In this document: one piece after another, positions 21,357 to 33,062 of the stretch | Numbering within the stretch: position 1 is the stretch's first letter | Layout: each line of letters begins with the position of its first letter | NCBI RefSeq assembly: GCF_000143415.4 | Contig: NW_003314364.1 | Span: 363,327 to 427,326 of the forward strand | Direction: 5' to 3' | DNA length: 64,000 bases | Origin: Selaginella moellendorffii | Taxonomy: Eukaryota; Plantae; Lycopodiophyta | Translations under genes and position numbers: made by a program | The notes under the pieces: generated by a model | Told to the model about the DNA's origin: nothing | The model's database searches: none | What the model saw: the letters and a program-made list of their open reading frames with translations, nothing else

Positions 21357-24300
21357 ATGAGCGGCCATGACTCCAAGTACTTCACCACCACCAAAAAGGG
21401 AGAGATCCACGAGCTCAAGGAGGAGCTCAACTCGCAGTACAAGGTATGCGCGGCGGCGCTTCGACGCGCGCTTCAAAAACCCTCTTCTTAACATTCACTC
21501 TCTCGCCCCGCCCGCATTGCCTTCCAGGACAAGAAGAAGGATGCGGTGAAGAAGGTGATTGCTGCAATGACGGTGGGCAAGGACGTGAGCATGCTCTTCA
21601 CCGATGTCGTCAACTGCATGCAAACCGAGAACCTGGAGCTCAAGAAGCTCGTCTACCTCTACCTCATCAATTACGCCAAGAGCCAGCCGGATCTCGCCAT
21701 TCTCGCAGTCAACACATTTGTCAAGGTGAGCCCCCCGGATTTGCTGCTCGCTCACACGCTCGTTCCTCGCAGGATTCTCAAGATCCCAACCCCTTGATCC
21801 GAGCCCTGGCTGTCCGGACCATGGGCTGCATTAGAGTTGACAAGATCACCGAGTACCTGTGTGATCCACTGCAGAGATGTCTCAAGGTACCACTTTCCTT
21901 GCCTTGCTTCCATGTTTCGTCTAAGCTCTTCCATCTTTTCCACTCCCAGGACGACGACCCCTACGTCCGAAAGACAGCCGCTATCTGTGTTGCCAAGCTG
22001 CACGATATCAATGCCGAGCTGGTTGAAGACCGAGGCTTTCTGGAAATCCTCAAGGATCTCATCTCCGACAGCAATCCGATGGTGGTTGCCAATGCTGTCG
22101 CTGCCCTTGCCGAGATCCAGGAGGGCACCACCAAAATCATCTTCGAGATCACAAACCACACTCTCTTCAAGCTCCTGGCTGCCCTCAACGAATGCACAGA
22201 GTGAGTTCAATGGTACAGATGCTCTCCCTCTCTATGGCTTCTCACTGCTAAGCATTGGTTTCTTTTTTCTTTTTTCTTTCGTTCCAGGTGGGGTCAGGTC
22301 TTTATCCTAGACGCTCTCTCAAGATACAAAGCCAAGGACGTCCGCGATGCAGAGAACATTGTGGAGAGAGTGACACCGCGCCTCCAGCACGCTAACTGTG
22401 CGGTGGTTCTCTCCGCTGTCAAGGTAAAACCAGGCTAGATAACATCTCTGACTTCACGTCCACAGGTTATTCTGCAACAAATGGAGCTTATTACGAGCAC
22501 TGATGTTGTCCGGAATCTGTGCAAGAAAATGGCACCACCTCTCGTCACGCTTATCTCCGCTGAACCAGAGATTCAATACGTGGCCCTGCGGAACATCAAC
22601 CTCATTGTGCAGCGCAGGCCGACTATTCTTGCTCATGAAATCAAGGCAAGCTTGACCACCTCGCGCTACTGAATCGTGTTCTCCTCTTTTACCTTCAGGT
22701 TTTTTTCTGCAAGTACAACGATCCCATCTATGTGAAAATGGAAAAGCTAGAAATTATGATCAAGCTTGCTTCTGATCGAAATATTGACCAGGTTCGTCCC
22801 ATTATCGGCGAGAGTTTCTGACGCTAGGAATTTTCGATGTGCCGCAGGTGCTGCTGGAATTTAAAGAATACGCCACGGAAGTTGACGTTGATTTTGTTCG
22901 AAAAGCCGTTCGAGCCATAGGTCGATGCGCTATCAAGCTTGAGCGGGCAGCAGAGCGCTGCATTAGCGTCCTCCTCGAGCTCATAAAGCTCAAAGTTAAC
23001 TATGTCGTGCAGGAAGCGATAGTAGTGATCAAAGACATCTTCCGCCGCTATCCAAACACGTAAGAAAGTCGTTTCTCACGGTTTTGAAAAAATACAATTT
23101 CGTGCTTGCAGGTACGAGTCCATAATCGCAACGCTTTGTGAGAACCTGGATAACTTGGATGAACCCGAAGCCAAGGTTTACCTTCGCGTTTCACCTTTAC
23201 GAAGAGAGAAACGAGATTTTTTTTACCGCCTGGTCCATGATTGTGCACTGCAGGCGTCCATGATCTGGATCATTGGTGAATACGCGGAGCGCATTGACAA
23301 TGCGGATGAGTTACTCGAAGGTTTCCTCGAGACGTTCCCCGAGGAGACCGCCCAGGTCCAGTTGCAATTGCTGACGGCGACTGTGAAGCTTTTCCTGAAG
23401 AAACCAACGGAGGGGCCACAGCAAATGATTCAGGTTGATGTCCGTGCCTTTATTTTATATTTACACTCGCTCCTTCTCCCGCAGGTTGTGCTTAACAATG
23501 CAACACAAGAGACGGATAATCCAGACCTTCGCGATCGTGCATACATTTACTGGCGATTGCTTTCCACGGATCCGGAGGTCTGTGTTGACTTTTCTTATAG
23601 TTTATTATCAGTTGGTAGCTTGTATGCTTCTTCTGTGCTTGCAGGCAGCCAAGGATGTCGTGCTCGCGGAGAAGCCGACCATTAATGATGACTCGAACAT
23701 GTTGGAGCCGTCGCTCTTGGATGAATTGCTTTCAAACATTGCTACGTTGGCTTCGGTTTACCACAAGCCTCCGGATTCTTTTGTGAGCCGCGTCCGTGCA
23801 ACAGTCCAGCGTGACGATGACGAAGAATATGCAGCAGAGAGTCTTGATCCAGAGTCGTCTTCTGCACCAGTCTCGGAGATTACCACCTCCGTGGCTGCGC
23901 CAGGAGGTGTCCCAGGGCAGCCTGCTGCTGCTCCTGATCTTCTAGGAGACTTGATGGGTTTGGATGGATCAGCTGATCAACAATCAATGACCAGGTAAGA
24001 GTGTGTGAACTGACGTGCTAAGAGAAGTCTTCATTCTTTGTGTTGCTTACAGATCACTGCCAGTTCTGCTTAGTGCGTCCGCGGGCCAGGGCTTGCAAAT
24101 TAGTGGCAAGCTGGTTCGCAGGAATGGTCAAGTGGTTTACAGCCTGACGTTCGAGAACAGCTCACAGATACCACTGGACGGCTTCATGATACAGTTCAAC
24201 AAGAACACATTCGGTTTGGCAGCTGCGGCTCCGCTTCAACTGCCACCTTTGGTACCTGGACGATCCGAAAGTGTGGCGCTGCCGATGGTGATGTATCAGA

Positions 24301-24812
24301 ACGTTGCTCCCGGCCCTCCAAACTCCCTTCTCCAAGTTGCTGTTAAGAATAACCAGCAGCCAGTCTGGTATTTCAACGACAAGATCTCTATCGAAGCTTT
24401 GTTTGGCGAAGATGGGAAAATGGAACGACAGCACTTTCTGGAGGTACAAGTTTTTTTTCTTAGCGCTTGCGTGCTCTGACTAATAATTCCTTTCAACCTT
24501 GCCCAGACTTGGAAGACTATTCCCGACTCACACGAGTTTATCAAGGAGTTACCCAGTGTTTGTGTCAACAGTGTGGAGTCAGCAATCCAGAAGCTGCAAG
24601 CCACCAACCTGTTTTTCATTGCACGCAGGGCCCAGAAAGAAACGAGGCAAGAGCTGCTTTACCTGTCCGCCAAAGTTCCCCCCAACATTGTTTTCCTTCT
24701 GGAGCTGGCGACCGTGGTTGGGACGGCAGGTGTTAAGTGCGCCGTCAAGACGGTATCCCCGGAGATGGCACCGCTTCTCTTTGATGCACTTGAAGCGCTG
24801 TTGAGTACATGA
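21357..24812 (+). CDS. Beta-adaptin (AP-1/AP-2 complex beta subunit)
   Basis: [67 protein letters not shown] and an appendage domain; many short introns, one of them GC-AG. Confidence 0.96.
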
Positions 24813-26166
24813 ATCTCTACCTCCTTGCAAGCGGCGGCTTCGGAAGGCTCGTACTTCCCATTTTGTTGCTTAGATATATAAAGTATTTGCAGTGTGCGAT
24901 TTAAGTGTAAACAACAAATTTCAACCTAAGATTCAATGTTTGCTCATTGTCTTTTATCTGTAAAAGGAAACAACAAGGTATTCATCAATGTACATAAAAA
25001 ATCAACATATTATTAATATCCCTGTATACCGCAAGCACTGATGTGGATCACACATTTATGTGTATTGCCCTAGTGTTTTCTCCAAACTTGAGCAAAAGAG
25101 GTGACGACTCCCATGCCCTTTCCAACAACACACCTAAAAGAATTGACTGGATTTACCTGTGCTTGTGACTATTGGCAGAGTGGGGGTAAAATTCGGTGCC
25201 ACATACATGCCACTACACTAGCACTTTGTAAGCTTTTAAGAATCCAGGTTTAAACCCTAAAAACCGGTAAACCCTAAACCTCAGGTTGGTCATAGGACAT
25301 AAATCCTTGGAATGTCCCAATAAGCATAATATAAAATTTTGCATCAATATCACGAGGGAAAATGTGGTGAAGTTGAAGGGATTGACAAATTAGCTAATGT
25401 AAACTATGAGAAAAAAAAGGTGAATTATTTTCCTCAAATCTTTCTTGCAGTTAATGCAAACATTGATATGTTAATGTATTTTATAAACTTTGTCTGTGGA
25501 CATCGAGTTTGAATGATGATTAATACCAGAGCTATATATAACATGACATCTGAAGACTTAGTTAAGTATTTGTGTATAAGTGTTGTGGATGCTATTTCAA
25601 GTATCAAAAGATATTAATCAGCTAATCCTTTCAAACAATGTCTCTTTATTGCCAAATGGTAAGAGATTGGAATTATTAGTTCCCTTTGTTAGTCCAGTGT
25701 AGTAAATTTGCCTTAGTATGTATATTTAACTAGATAAATATAATGTAAGAACTTCTATGTATTTCTTATTAAACATACTTAACCTAGCTTTTAGTTTTAT
25801 TTATTTTTTGCTATGTTTTGTACTGGTTTGGCAAAAACCTTTGCATATTGAGCTTAATTCTTTAACATTGTTGCATAATAGTTTACCACCCTTACTATTA
25901 TGCCCTATATGTTAGTCTGGTTTTGGTCCCATGTGCTATTTAGGGCAAGTGAGGTATATCTACAAAATGTAGAGAGTGTCTTGAAAATCATAGTACATCT
26001 TAATTCACGAACTAGTATTATTCCATATTTAGTAAGTTTTCAAGCTTGTCTTAGAGATCATGCTTTCATATAAGGGGGGAGGGGTTTTGATTGAGTTTGA
26101 TTGCAAAATCCATTATAAACATGAGAAGAAGAATATTATGGTATGCTTTAAGTTAAAAAGCAAATT

Positions 26167-27305
26167 GTGAGACACAAATCCCTAAGTCCTAAAGTGGAGC
26201 CCAAAGTGTGTCATATGGTAGTAGCTGAAACAGAAGCCCAACAAACATGACACGTTTGGACTAAAAGCTCCAACTTAGAAAGTCAAGAGCAGGAGTGGAA
26301 CTCCCAAAGAAGTGCTCAAAAAATGAGCACGAAGCAATTATAAAGTGAAACTTGAAAAGAAGATAAAAGATAACAAGTGTTATAACATGCAAAAGTGTAG
26401 GAGTGAGGTTCCGATGAGCTACACAAGGTATCCAAGTAAATAGTGCCATTTATACTTGGATTATGAGTATTGACCATCTAATCTTTCAGAAGAGTTAAAG
26501 TTAACTTTGGAACATTTTACCAAGTTACCCCACTTGTCTATTTATATACACTCTAGCCTTGGACTCCTTAATGATTTTATCATCACCCACTACATGGGTT
26601 TAACTTTCCTTAGCATTTCTTGGCCAAATTGGTTCCATTGGAGCCCTCCCCCTACTATCATATAGAGACTCACTAAACCCCTAAGGTTTGGGAGGTAATC
26701 ACTTTGGGCTTTTACCCTTGGATTTAGACTCGAACTTAGACTTAAACTAAGACTTAGTCTTGGTTGCAGTCTCAGTCTTGATCTTGGTCTTAAACCTAGT
26801 TTCAAACTCTATGTGGCAGAAGGTGGGGCAAGTACCCACAAGGCTTATGTTAGATCATGGTGTTTCGAAACATCATCCCAAAATCTTAGATTATGGAAAA
26901 AAAGAAGAGTGGTCCTCTTGTTTGGTGACCAAGGGTATAATTACGTGGTGAGGAAGTCCCAAAGGTTAGTAGGCTTTGTGGGTGGGCCTTTAGGCCCTAG
27001 ACACATGGTAGTGTTGGTGAGCATTGCCATGAATAAAGAGGGACTTGGTAGAGATCGAAGGAGGGATATTAGAAGATGGTGTTCTCTTTGGCTTAAGGCA
27101 TTTTAAATATGCCATGGTGTGATCATGGAATGACCACTTATAAATGGATAGCCTAATTTTGGAGAGACAAGATTGTGTTGCAAATGGTCTTAGACTACCA
27201 ATGAGATAAAGGTGAATGAATATAACTTTAATATAATAGGTTGAGATGTCAGTAGTACCTTTGGGTGTCGAAAGTGAGATTGAATATATAAAGCACTTGG
27301 ACTAA
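26167..27305 (+). mobile_element. Degenerate family A LTR with deleted array and an internal inversion
   Basis: TGTGAGACACAAATCC start; ~26395-26810 is the reverse complement of the LTR middle; forward homology resumes at ~26815. Confidence 0.75.
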
Positions 27306-27879
27306 GGTAAAAATACTAGGTATAAAAACTATATATAGAAATCACAAAACTTAGTTTTTTAAATTTAAAAGTTTATTAGTAAACAAAACTCATAAAGAAC
27401 ATAGTTTTGTTTACACCAAAACACAGTTTTGTTTACTTACCAGATAAGTAAGTATGATAAAAAAAATTGATGTTTCTTGTTTATGGTTTAGGTACTATAG
27501 GCCAACTATAAAATGACTTTAAATTGATTTAAAGGTTTTACTTCTGAATTCTTATTAAGTTTTATTTTTAGAAATTTTAAAAACTAAAATTTAAAGTTTA
27601 AATAAATAAATTTTAAGTATTTTATGAAAATAAAAATATTAATAAAATAAATAAATTTAAATCATGAATTTTTAATTTTAATTTTTATCAAGTATTATTT
27701 ATTAAGTACTTTTAATATTTAATATATTCTTATAAAACCATGACTTAGTGACTTATCATTTAAAATTTCCTCCTTAAATAAGAAGTGTATTTTAGTCATT
27801 AAAGTATTCATTTATGGATAAAATATAATAAATTTAGAATCAAAGGCTTCCAGTATAAATTAAACACTTAGTCATATTT

Positions 27880-28170
27880 TCATTAGGGTTTTTGAGTTGA
27901 GCACCATCTCTAGGATGTAATGGCTGAGGAGTGTAGGGCTGCAAGGCTTCCAACACCATGGCACTGCTATGGTTGAAGAGTAGTTGTGGAAGGCAGTGCC
28001 CTATCTTGTCACAGACACACCTTGCAATGTCCACTCTATTGCTAAACTCCACCATGATCGGACTCTTGCCCAAGACAAGCTCCAGCGGCACCACTCCAAA
28101 GTTGGAGATATCACTTTTCTCAATCACCTTGAGAGTATAAGCATGGCAGGGAGCTTTCTGGTGCAAGAGC
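27880..28170 (-). pseudogene. Fragment of an LRR receptor-like kinase catalytic domain (subdomains VIII-XI)
   Basis: [33 protein letters not shown]...VDIARCV resembles [29 protein letters not shown]. Confidence 0.7.
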
Positions 28171-28424
28171 CATGGCTGTGACTAGGAGCTGGATAATCAA
28201 GAGTTAAAAAAGAATTTTAAAGATTTTAAAAAAGAGAGAGAGATATTTTCCCAGGCTGGGTATTGAGCAAGAGAAGAGTAAGGTGCTGTATTTTGTCTTT
28301 CTAGTGCTCCATGATTTTCACAATATTTGCAAAATAATTTTTAAAAAAAGAGGGAAAGCTTACCTATTCTTGGAGGCTAGAAAAAATTATCTCAGAACAA
28401 GATAAGATATTAACTAATAAGTTC

Positions 28425-28790
28425 TGGAGGACTCTTTTAGAAGAATATCACACCAAACTAAAATTCAACATAGCCTATCACCTACAAATATTAAGTATTG
28501 AATAAAGTTCTGTGATATTAATGAATCTTGATAGATGGACAAACAGAAAATATGAATAAACAATTGAAGGATTATTTGTGATGTTATGTCTCCAAAAACT
28601 AGACAAATTGGATATTTCATTTAAGACTTCTGAAAATATGCTATGACAACTCACCAAATTTAAATTTTAAAGTAAATTTATAGGAAGTCATCATTGGATA
28701 AGCTATTGAAAGTCCCATATAACTCAGTATGGCCAAGTATTATGGAAAGTTGCTTGTAGTGGAGGCATTTATGGTAGAAAGACTTAGGCC
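28425..28790 (+). mobile_element. Decayed Ty3/gypsy integrase fragment (insert-bearing family)
   Basis: KLKFNIAYHLQ-[insert]-DGQTENMNKQL; homologous to the minus-strand copies at 59.3 and 62.6 kb. Confidence 0.7.
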
Positions 28791-29589
28791 ATCCCCCTCG
28801 AGCTTCATTTACTTTTAGGTTAATTTTTGGCTTATCCTACGAGGTTCTTAGTATTCAGCACCTTCTTGCCCCATATCTCTATGTTGCTAATTTGCATATT
28901 TTATTTATCTTTGTTAAGCCCATTCTAAGGAATTCTTCAACAAATTCCAAATGTTGATCTTAAATTCTTTAAACAAGGGCTGGCTCAAATTAGTTATTGC
29001 CTCAAGCTTCCTCAGAAGATGGAGAAAATGCACCCATATTCTACGTGAATTTATTCAAGTTGTACTTTGAGGACCTCTTTTGTGAAAAGACAAGCCTTGA
29101 GCTTATGTTAGGCATCCCATGGCTGATTAGTGGCAACATAATGGCCCTGGGATTATGACCTTGAATTTGATAGTGTTCTTTAGAAATCAGATCTTCAGAG
29201 TGTAGGATTGACAGAGTTTGAGGGAGGATTTCTAAAGCACGAGAGAGTGCCTCATGGCCTACTAGCAGCAATTTAGTGGCCCTGAGAAAATCTGAGGGAT
29301 AGAAGAGTGTTTTTGGTCTCTTTCTTGCAAAGGGTGTGTAACAATGGGGCAATTGTGCCTTGCCTAGTGCTTTGGAGCCCCATCTTTCCAGTTCTAGGGT
29401 GGCTTGCAGCCGGCCAATGGAAACACAATAGCTCCAAGCCATCCCTCCCCTTCCTTTTTCGCACAAGACCCTAAAAATTAGAAAAATAAAAGGTCATTGA
29501 TCAGGTTTTTAAATGCCATCATGCTTGAGAAACCACCTATATTATCAAATGTGCAGTCAAAGGGAGAAGAGCACACAGGGGAGAGTGCC

Positions 29590-29896
29590 TGTTAGGATCC
29601 TATCCTTTACACCCTAAGCCAATTGGCTAAAGGGGTGATCACTTGATTGTAGGGCCCTTTCCTTATTCTATTATCTTGACTTGGTGCCTAACAATCCTCC
29701 CCTCGTTAGGGCATGATCGTCCGCGATCATACTTAGGCCACCCTCTGGTCACCATGGTCCTTCTTTTAGGGTCTACTAAACCTTGGTTCTCCCTCTAGAT
29801 CCACCATGTTGAATATTCCTTTAGAATATTCTTGCCCCACTCGTTAGCCACGAGAATCGAATTGGGCTTCGATACCAATGCTATAATCCTATCCCT
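29590..29896 (-). mobile_element. TRIM-like miniature LTR element with 5' LTR truncated
   Basis: 104-bp TG..CA LTR (29590-29693), PPT GAGGGGAGGAT, PBS TGGTATCGAAGC (29877-29866) and an 18-bp remnant of the second LTR (29879-29896), all on the minus strand. Confidence 0.75.
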
Positions 29897-32800
29897 CGTT
29901 AGGCGCCAACTTTGACCACATGGTCAACATGGGTCAAAGGGAGGCTCAAGGGTATATTAAGGCATGTTAGGGTGAGGGACTTAACTTACCCTAGGGCTCA
30001 CAGTGGAGCGGCGGCGTAGTGGAGCTTTTAAGGTGGGTGGTGAGGAACCTCAGGAGGTGGCATAGCATAGTCTAGGGTGACTAGATCTCTGTCTTTTTGT
30101 GCCGGATCATAACATTGGTATCAGAGGAGTTGGTTGTGATGGCCGACCAAGATGAACACTGGAATCCTATTGTCGATGGTGGTGCCGACGATGGTGCTGA
30201 CAGAGCTGCGGAGATTTAGACCATTCAAGATGTGGTTCATGAGCTGCGAGCCCTTATGGCCAATCTCCTTCTCACGGTAAGTTAGATACTAAAAAGTTGC
30301 AAACTTTGCAGTGTGAGGATGACGAGAATGACCATTCCGGTCGGAGGAAGAGACTTTCGATCGTTGCTCATTAGCTCAACTATGTGTGGAATAAGATGGA
30401 GCTCGAGGATATGCATGAATTAGCTTTAATGCTAGAGGGCGTGTTCCTAGACAGTGGGAGCGATGACAACTTTGTTTTGGCAAAGTTTGTTGCGGAGCAT
30501 GGCCTGGTCACATGTGGAGTTCTTCCATACACAGTGGAAGGTGCAGCTACCTCTGCTCAACATTTTGATGCTTGTATCGAGGGGCTGGAAGTGTTGGTTA
30601 GCAAAACCACACTTGTGAAGACTTTTTTTATCTCGTATATCCATCGTGTGGATCTCATTCTTGGGATGTTATGGTTGGTGAAGGTGGATCCAGAGATAAA
30701 GTGGAGTATTAAGTGTATCTCGCTAGAGTATAGTGGCATTAAAGATGTGTGGTTTGACGAGGGCGTTCAACCACCAATTGCTATGCTCTCTACTACATCT
30801 TTGAAGCGGGCTTGTCGTAATGGAAAAACACTTTCGAGTTACTTACTGTTTGTTTAGGGAAGAAATAGCAGTACGGGATGTACTTGACGAGTTTTCTGAT
30901 GTTTTTCCATCTGAACTTCCTCATGGGTTGCCTCCATTATGAGGTGTGGAGCATGGGAGCCGGGAACGTGGCCAATTTACCGGTGTTCATTTCAGTTAAG
31001 TTATGTGGAGGAGTAAGAAGTTCAATGACAAGTCAAGGAGTTACTTGAGTTTTGATTTATTTAGCCAAGTAAGTCCCTGTTTGGTGCTCCGGTCTTGCTT
31101 GTGAAGAAGGACGGTTCAATGCAGATGTGTATTGACTACTGCGCTTTGAACAAGAAGATAGTGAAGGATAAAATGCTGATGCCACGTGTGGATGATATCT
31201 TGGACAAGCTTGGTGAAGCACGAATGTTTACCAAGATTGATCTGAGGAGTGGATATCATCAGATTGCAATGGATAATGCATCTCTCTCCAAGACGGCATT
31301 CAACACAAGCTTCAGACATTTTGAGTTTACAATTATGTTGTATGGTTTGATGAATGCACTGGCCACATTTACTCGGTTGATGACGGAGGTATTTGGGCAT
31401 TATCTTCATGAGTTTGTGGAGATGTTTTTGGACGATATTCTTGTTTTTAGCAAGAATATGGAGGAGCATAAGGTGCATTTGCGCAAGGTTCTTTTGTTAC
31501 TTTGAGACAGCAAATTTTATACGAAGAAGAGCAAATATGAATTTGCAAAGTCGGAGGTGGAATATCTAGGCCATATTATGACATCTAAGGGTGTCAAGAT
31601 GGATCCAAGGAAGGTGGCTGTATATCTTTTCACACAAAAGGAGTTGAACACTAGGCAAGCTCGTTGGATGGTCAAACTCATGGAGTTTGGGGAGTTTCCT
31701 ATTGAACATCGTCTGGGAAAATCAAATGTGGTGGCAGATGCTTTATCTCGTATTCATCATATGACGACATTACAAACACGATTTTGTCATCATTTGAGTA
31801 AGGTGGTCAGTAAGTTTGGGCAGTTGGTTGAGCATGCTCAGGCTCAAGATGCTGAGGTGGCCTCTTTGTGAGACCAGATGGAAGCCCCTCTCTCATTTGT
31901 GGATGGGATTCTCTATTACAATGGCCGTGTATATTTGCCACGGATGGATGTGTTAATTACTCAAGTTTTATTCCACTATCATGATCATCTAGAGGCCGGT
32001 CATTTTGGGGGGAAGAAGATGTATGAGTTGATTAAGCGCAACTTTTATTGGAGGAATATGAATGCTAATATCCTCAAGTATTGTAAATCATGCGAACTTT
32101 GTCAGCGGGTTAAGGTGCCACGAGAGAAGCCGAGGGGACTTTTGCAACCTTTACCTATTCCTTAGAGCCGTTGGTGTAGTATCTCTATGGACTTCATCAC
32201 TTGTTTGCCATGAACACAAAGGCAAAAGGAGCAAGTATGGGTCATAGTGGATCGGTTGATGAAGTATGTGCGGTTGTTGGCTCTTCGAAAGACTATCACT
32301 GCCTTGGACTTGGTTGCGGTTTACTTGGAGAAGGTTTTTCCTGATTTTGGTTTGCCAGAGGATATCATTAGTGATCGTGATTCAAAGTTCACAAGTGGAT
32401 TTTGGAAAAGCTTTGCAAAGGCTATGCAAGTGATTTTGAAACTCTCGAGTGGAGATCATCCTCAAACAGATGGGCAAACCGAGCATGTGAATCAGGTGGT
32501 GGAGGATATAGTGAGTGGCAAAACACCTTAGTGCCTTTACGGATAGGGAAGAGTGATAAACTTTCCCATCAATATGCTGGTCCATATGAAGTGTTGGAGC
32601 GCATTGGTAAAGCAGTTTATTGGGTGCGACTGCCAACTGGGGTGAAAATTCATCCAATGTTTTATGTTAGCCAGTTGAAAGGTGTACTATCTCAGAGTGA
32701 CAAGCCCAATGCCTCTTTGATGTATATGGCTGTGGAAGATGGATCAGAAGCTTGAGCAGGGTTCCCTAGAAAGGGTGACCACCAATACAACTTGTCCTTA

Positions 32801-33062
32801 GGACAAGGACTTTGTTGGGGGGGAAGAATTGCTAGGCACCAATTTTGACCACATGGTCAATGTGGGTCAAAGGGAGGCTCAAGGGTATATTAAGGCATGT
32901 TAGAGTGAGGGACTTAACCTACCCTAGGGCTCACAGTGGAGTGGTGGCACAATGGAGCTTTTGAGGTAGCTCGGGCGTTGTTGGGTGGTGAGGAACCTCA
33001 AGAGGTGTCGTAGCATAGTCTAGGGCAACTAGATCTTTGTCTTTTTGTGCCGGATCATAATA
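29897..33062 (+). mobile_element. Internally deleted Ty3/gypsy element, same family as 36059-40990
   Basis: LTRs 29897-30114 and 32830-33062, tRNA-Met PBS, PPT; decayed protease, RT (FLDDIL) and integrase; gag, RNase H and integrase segments deleted relative to the full copy. Confidence 0.92.
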
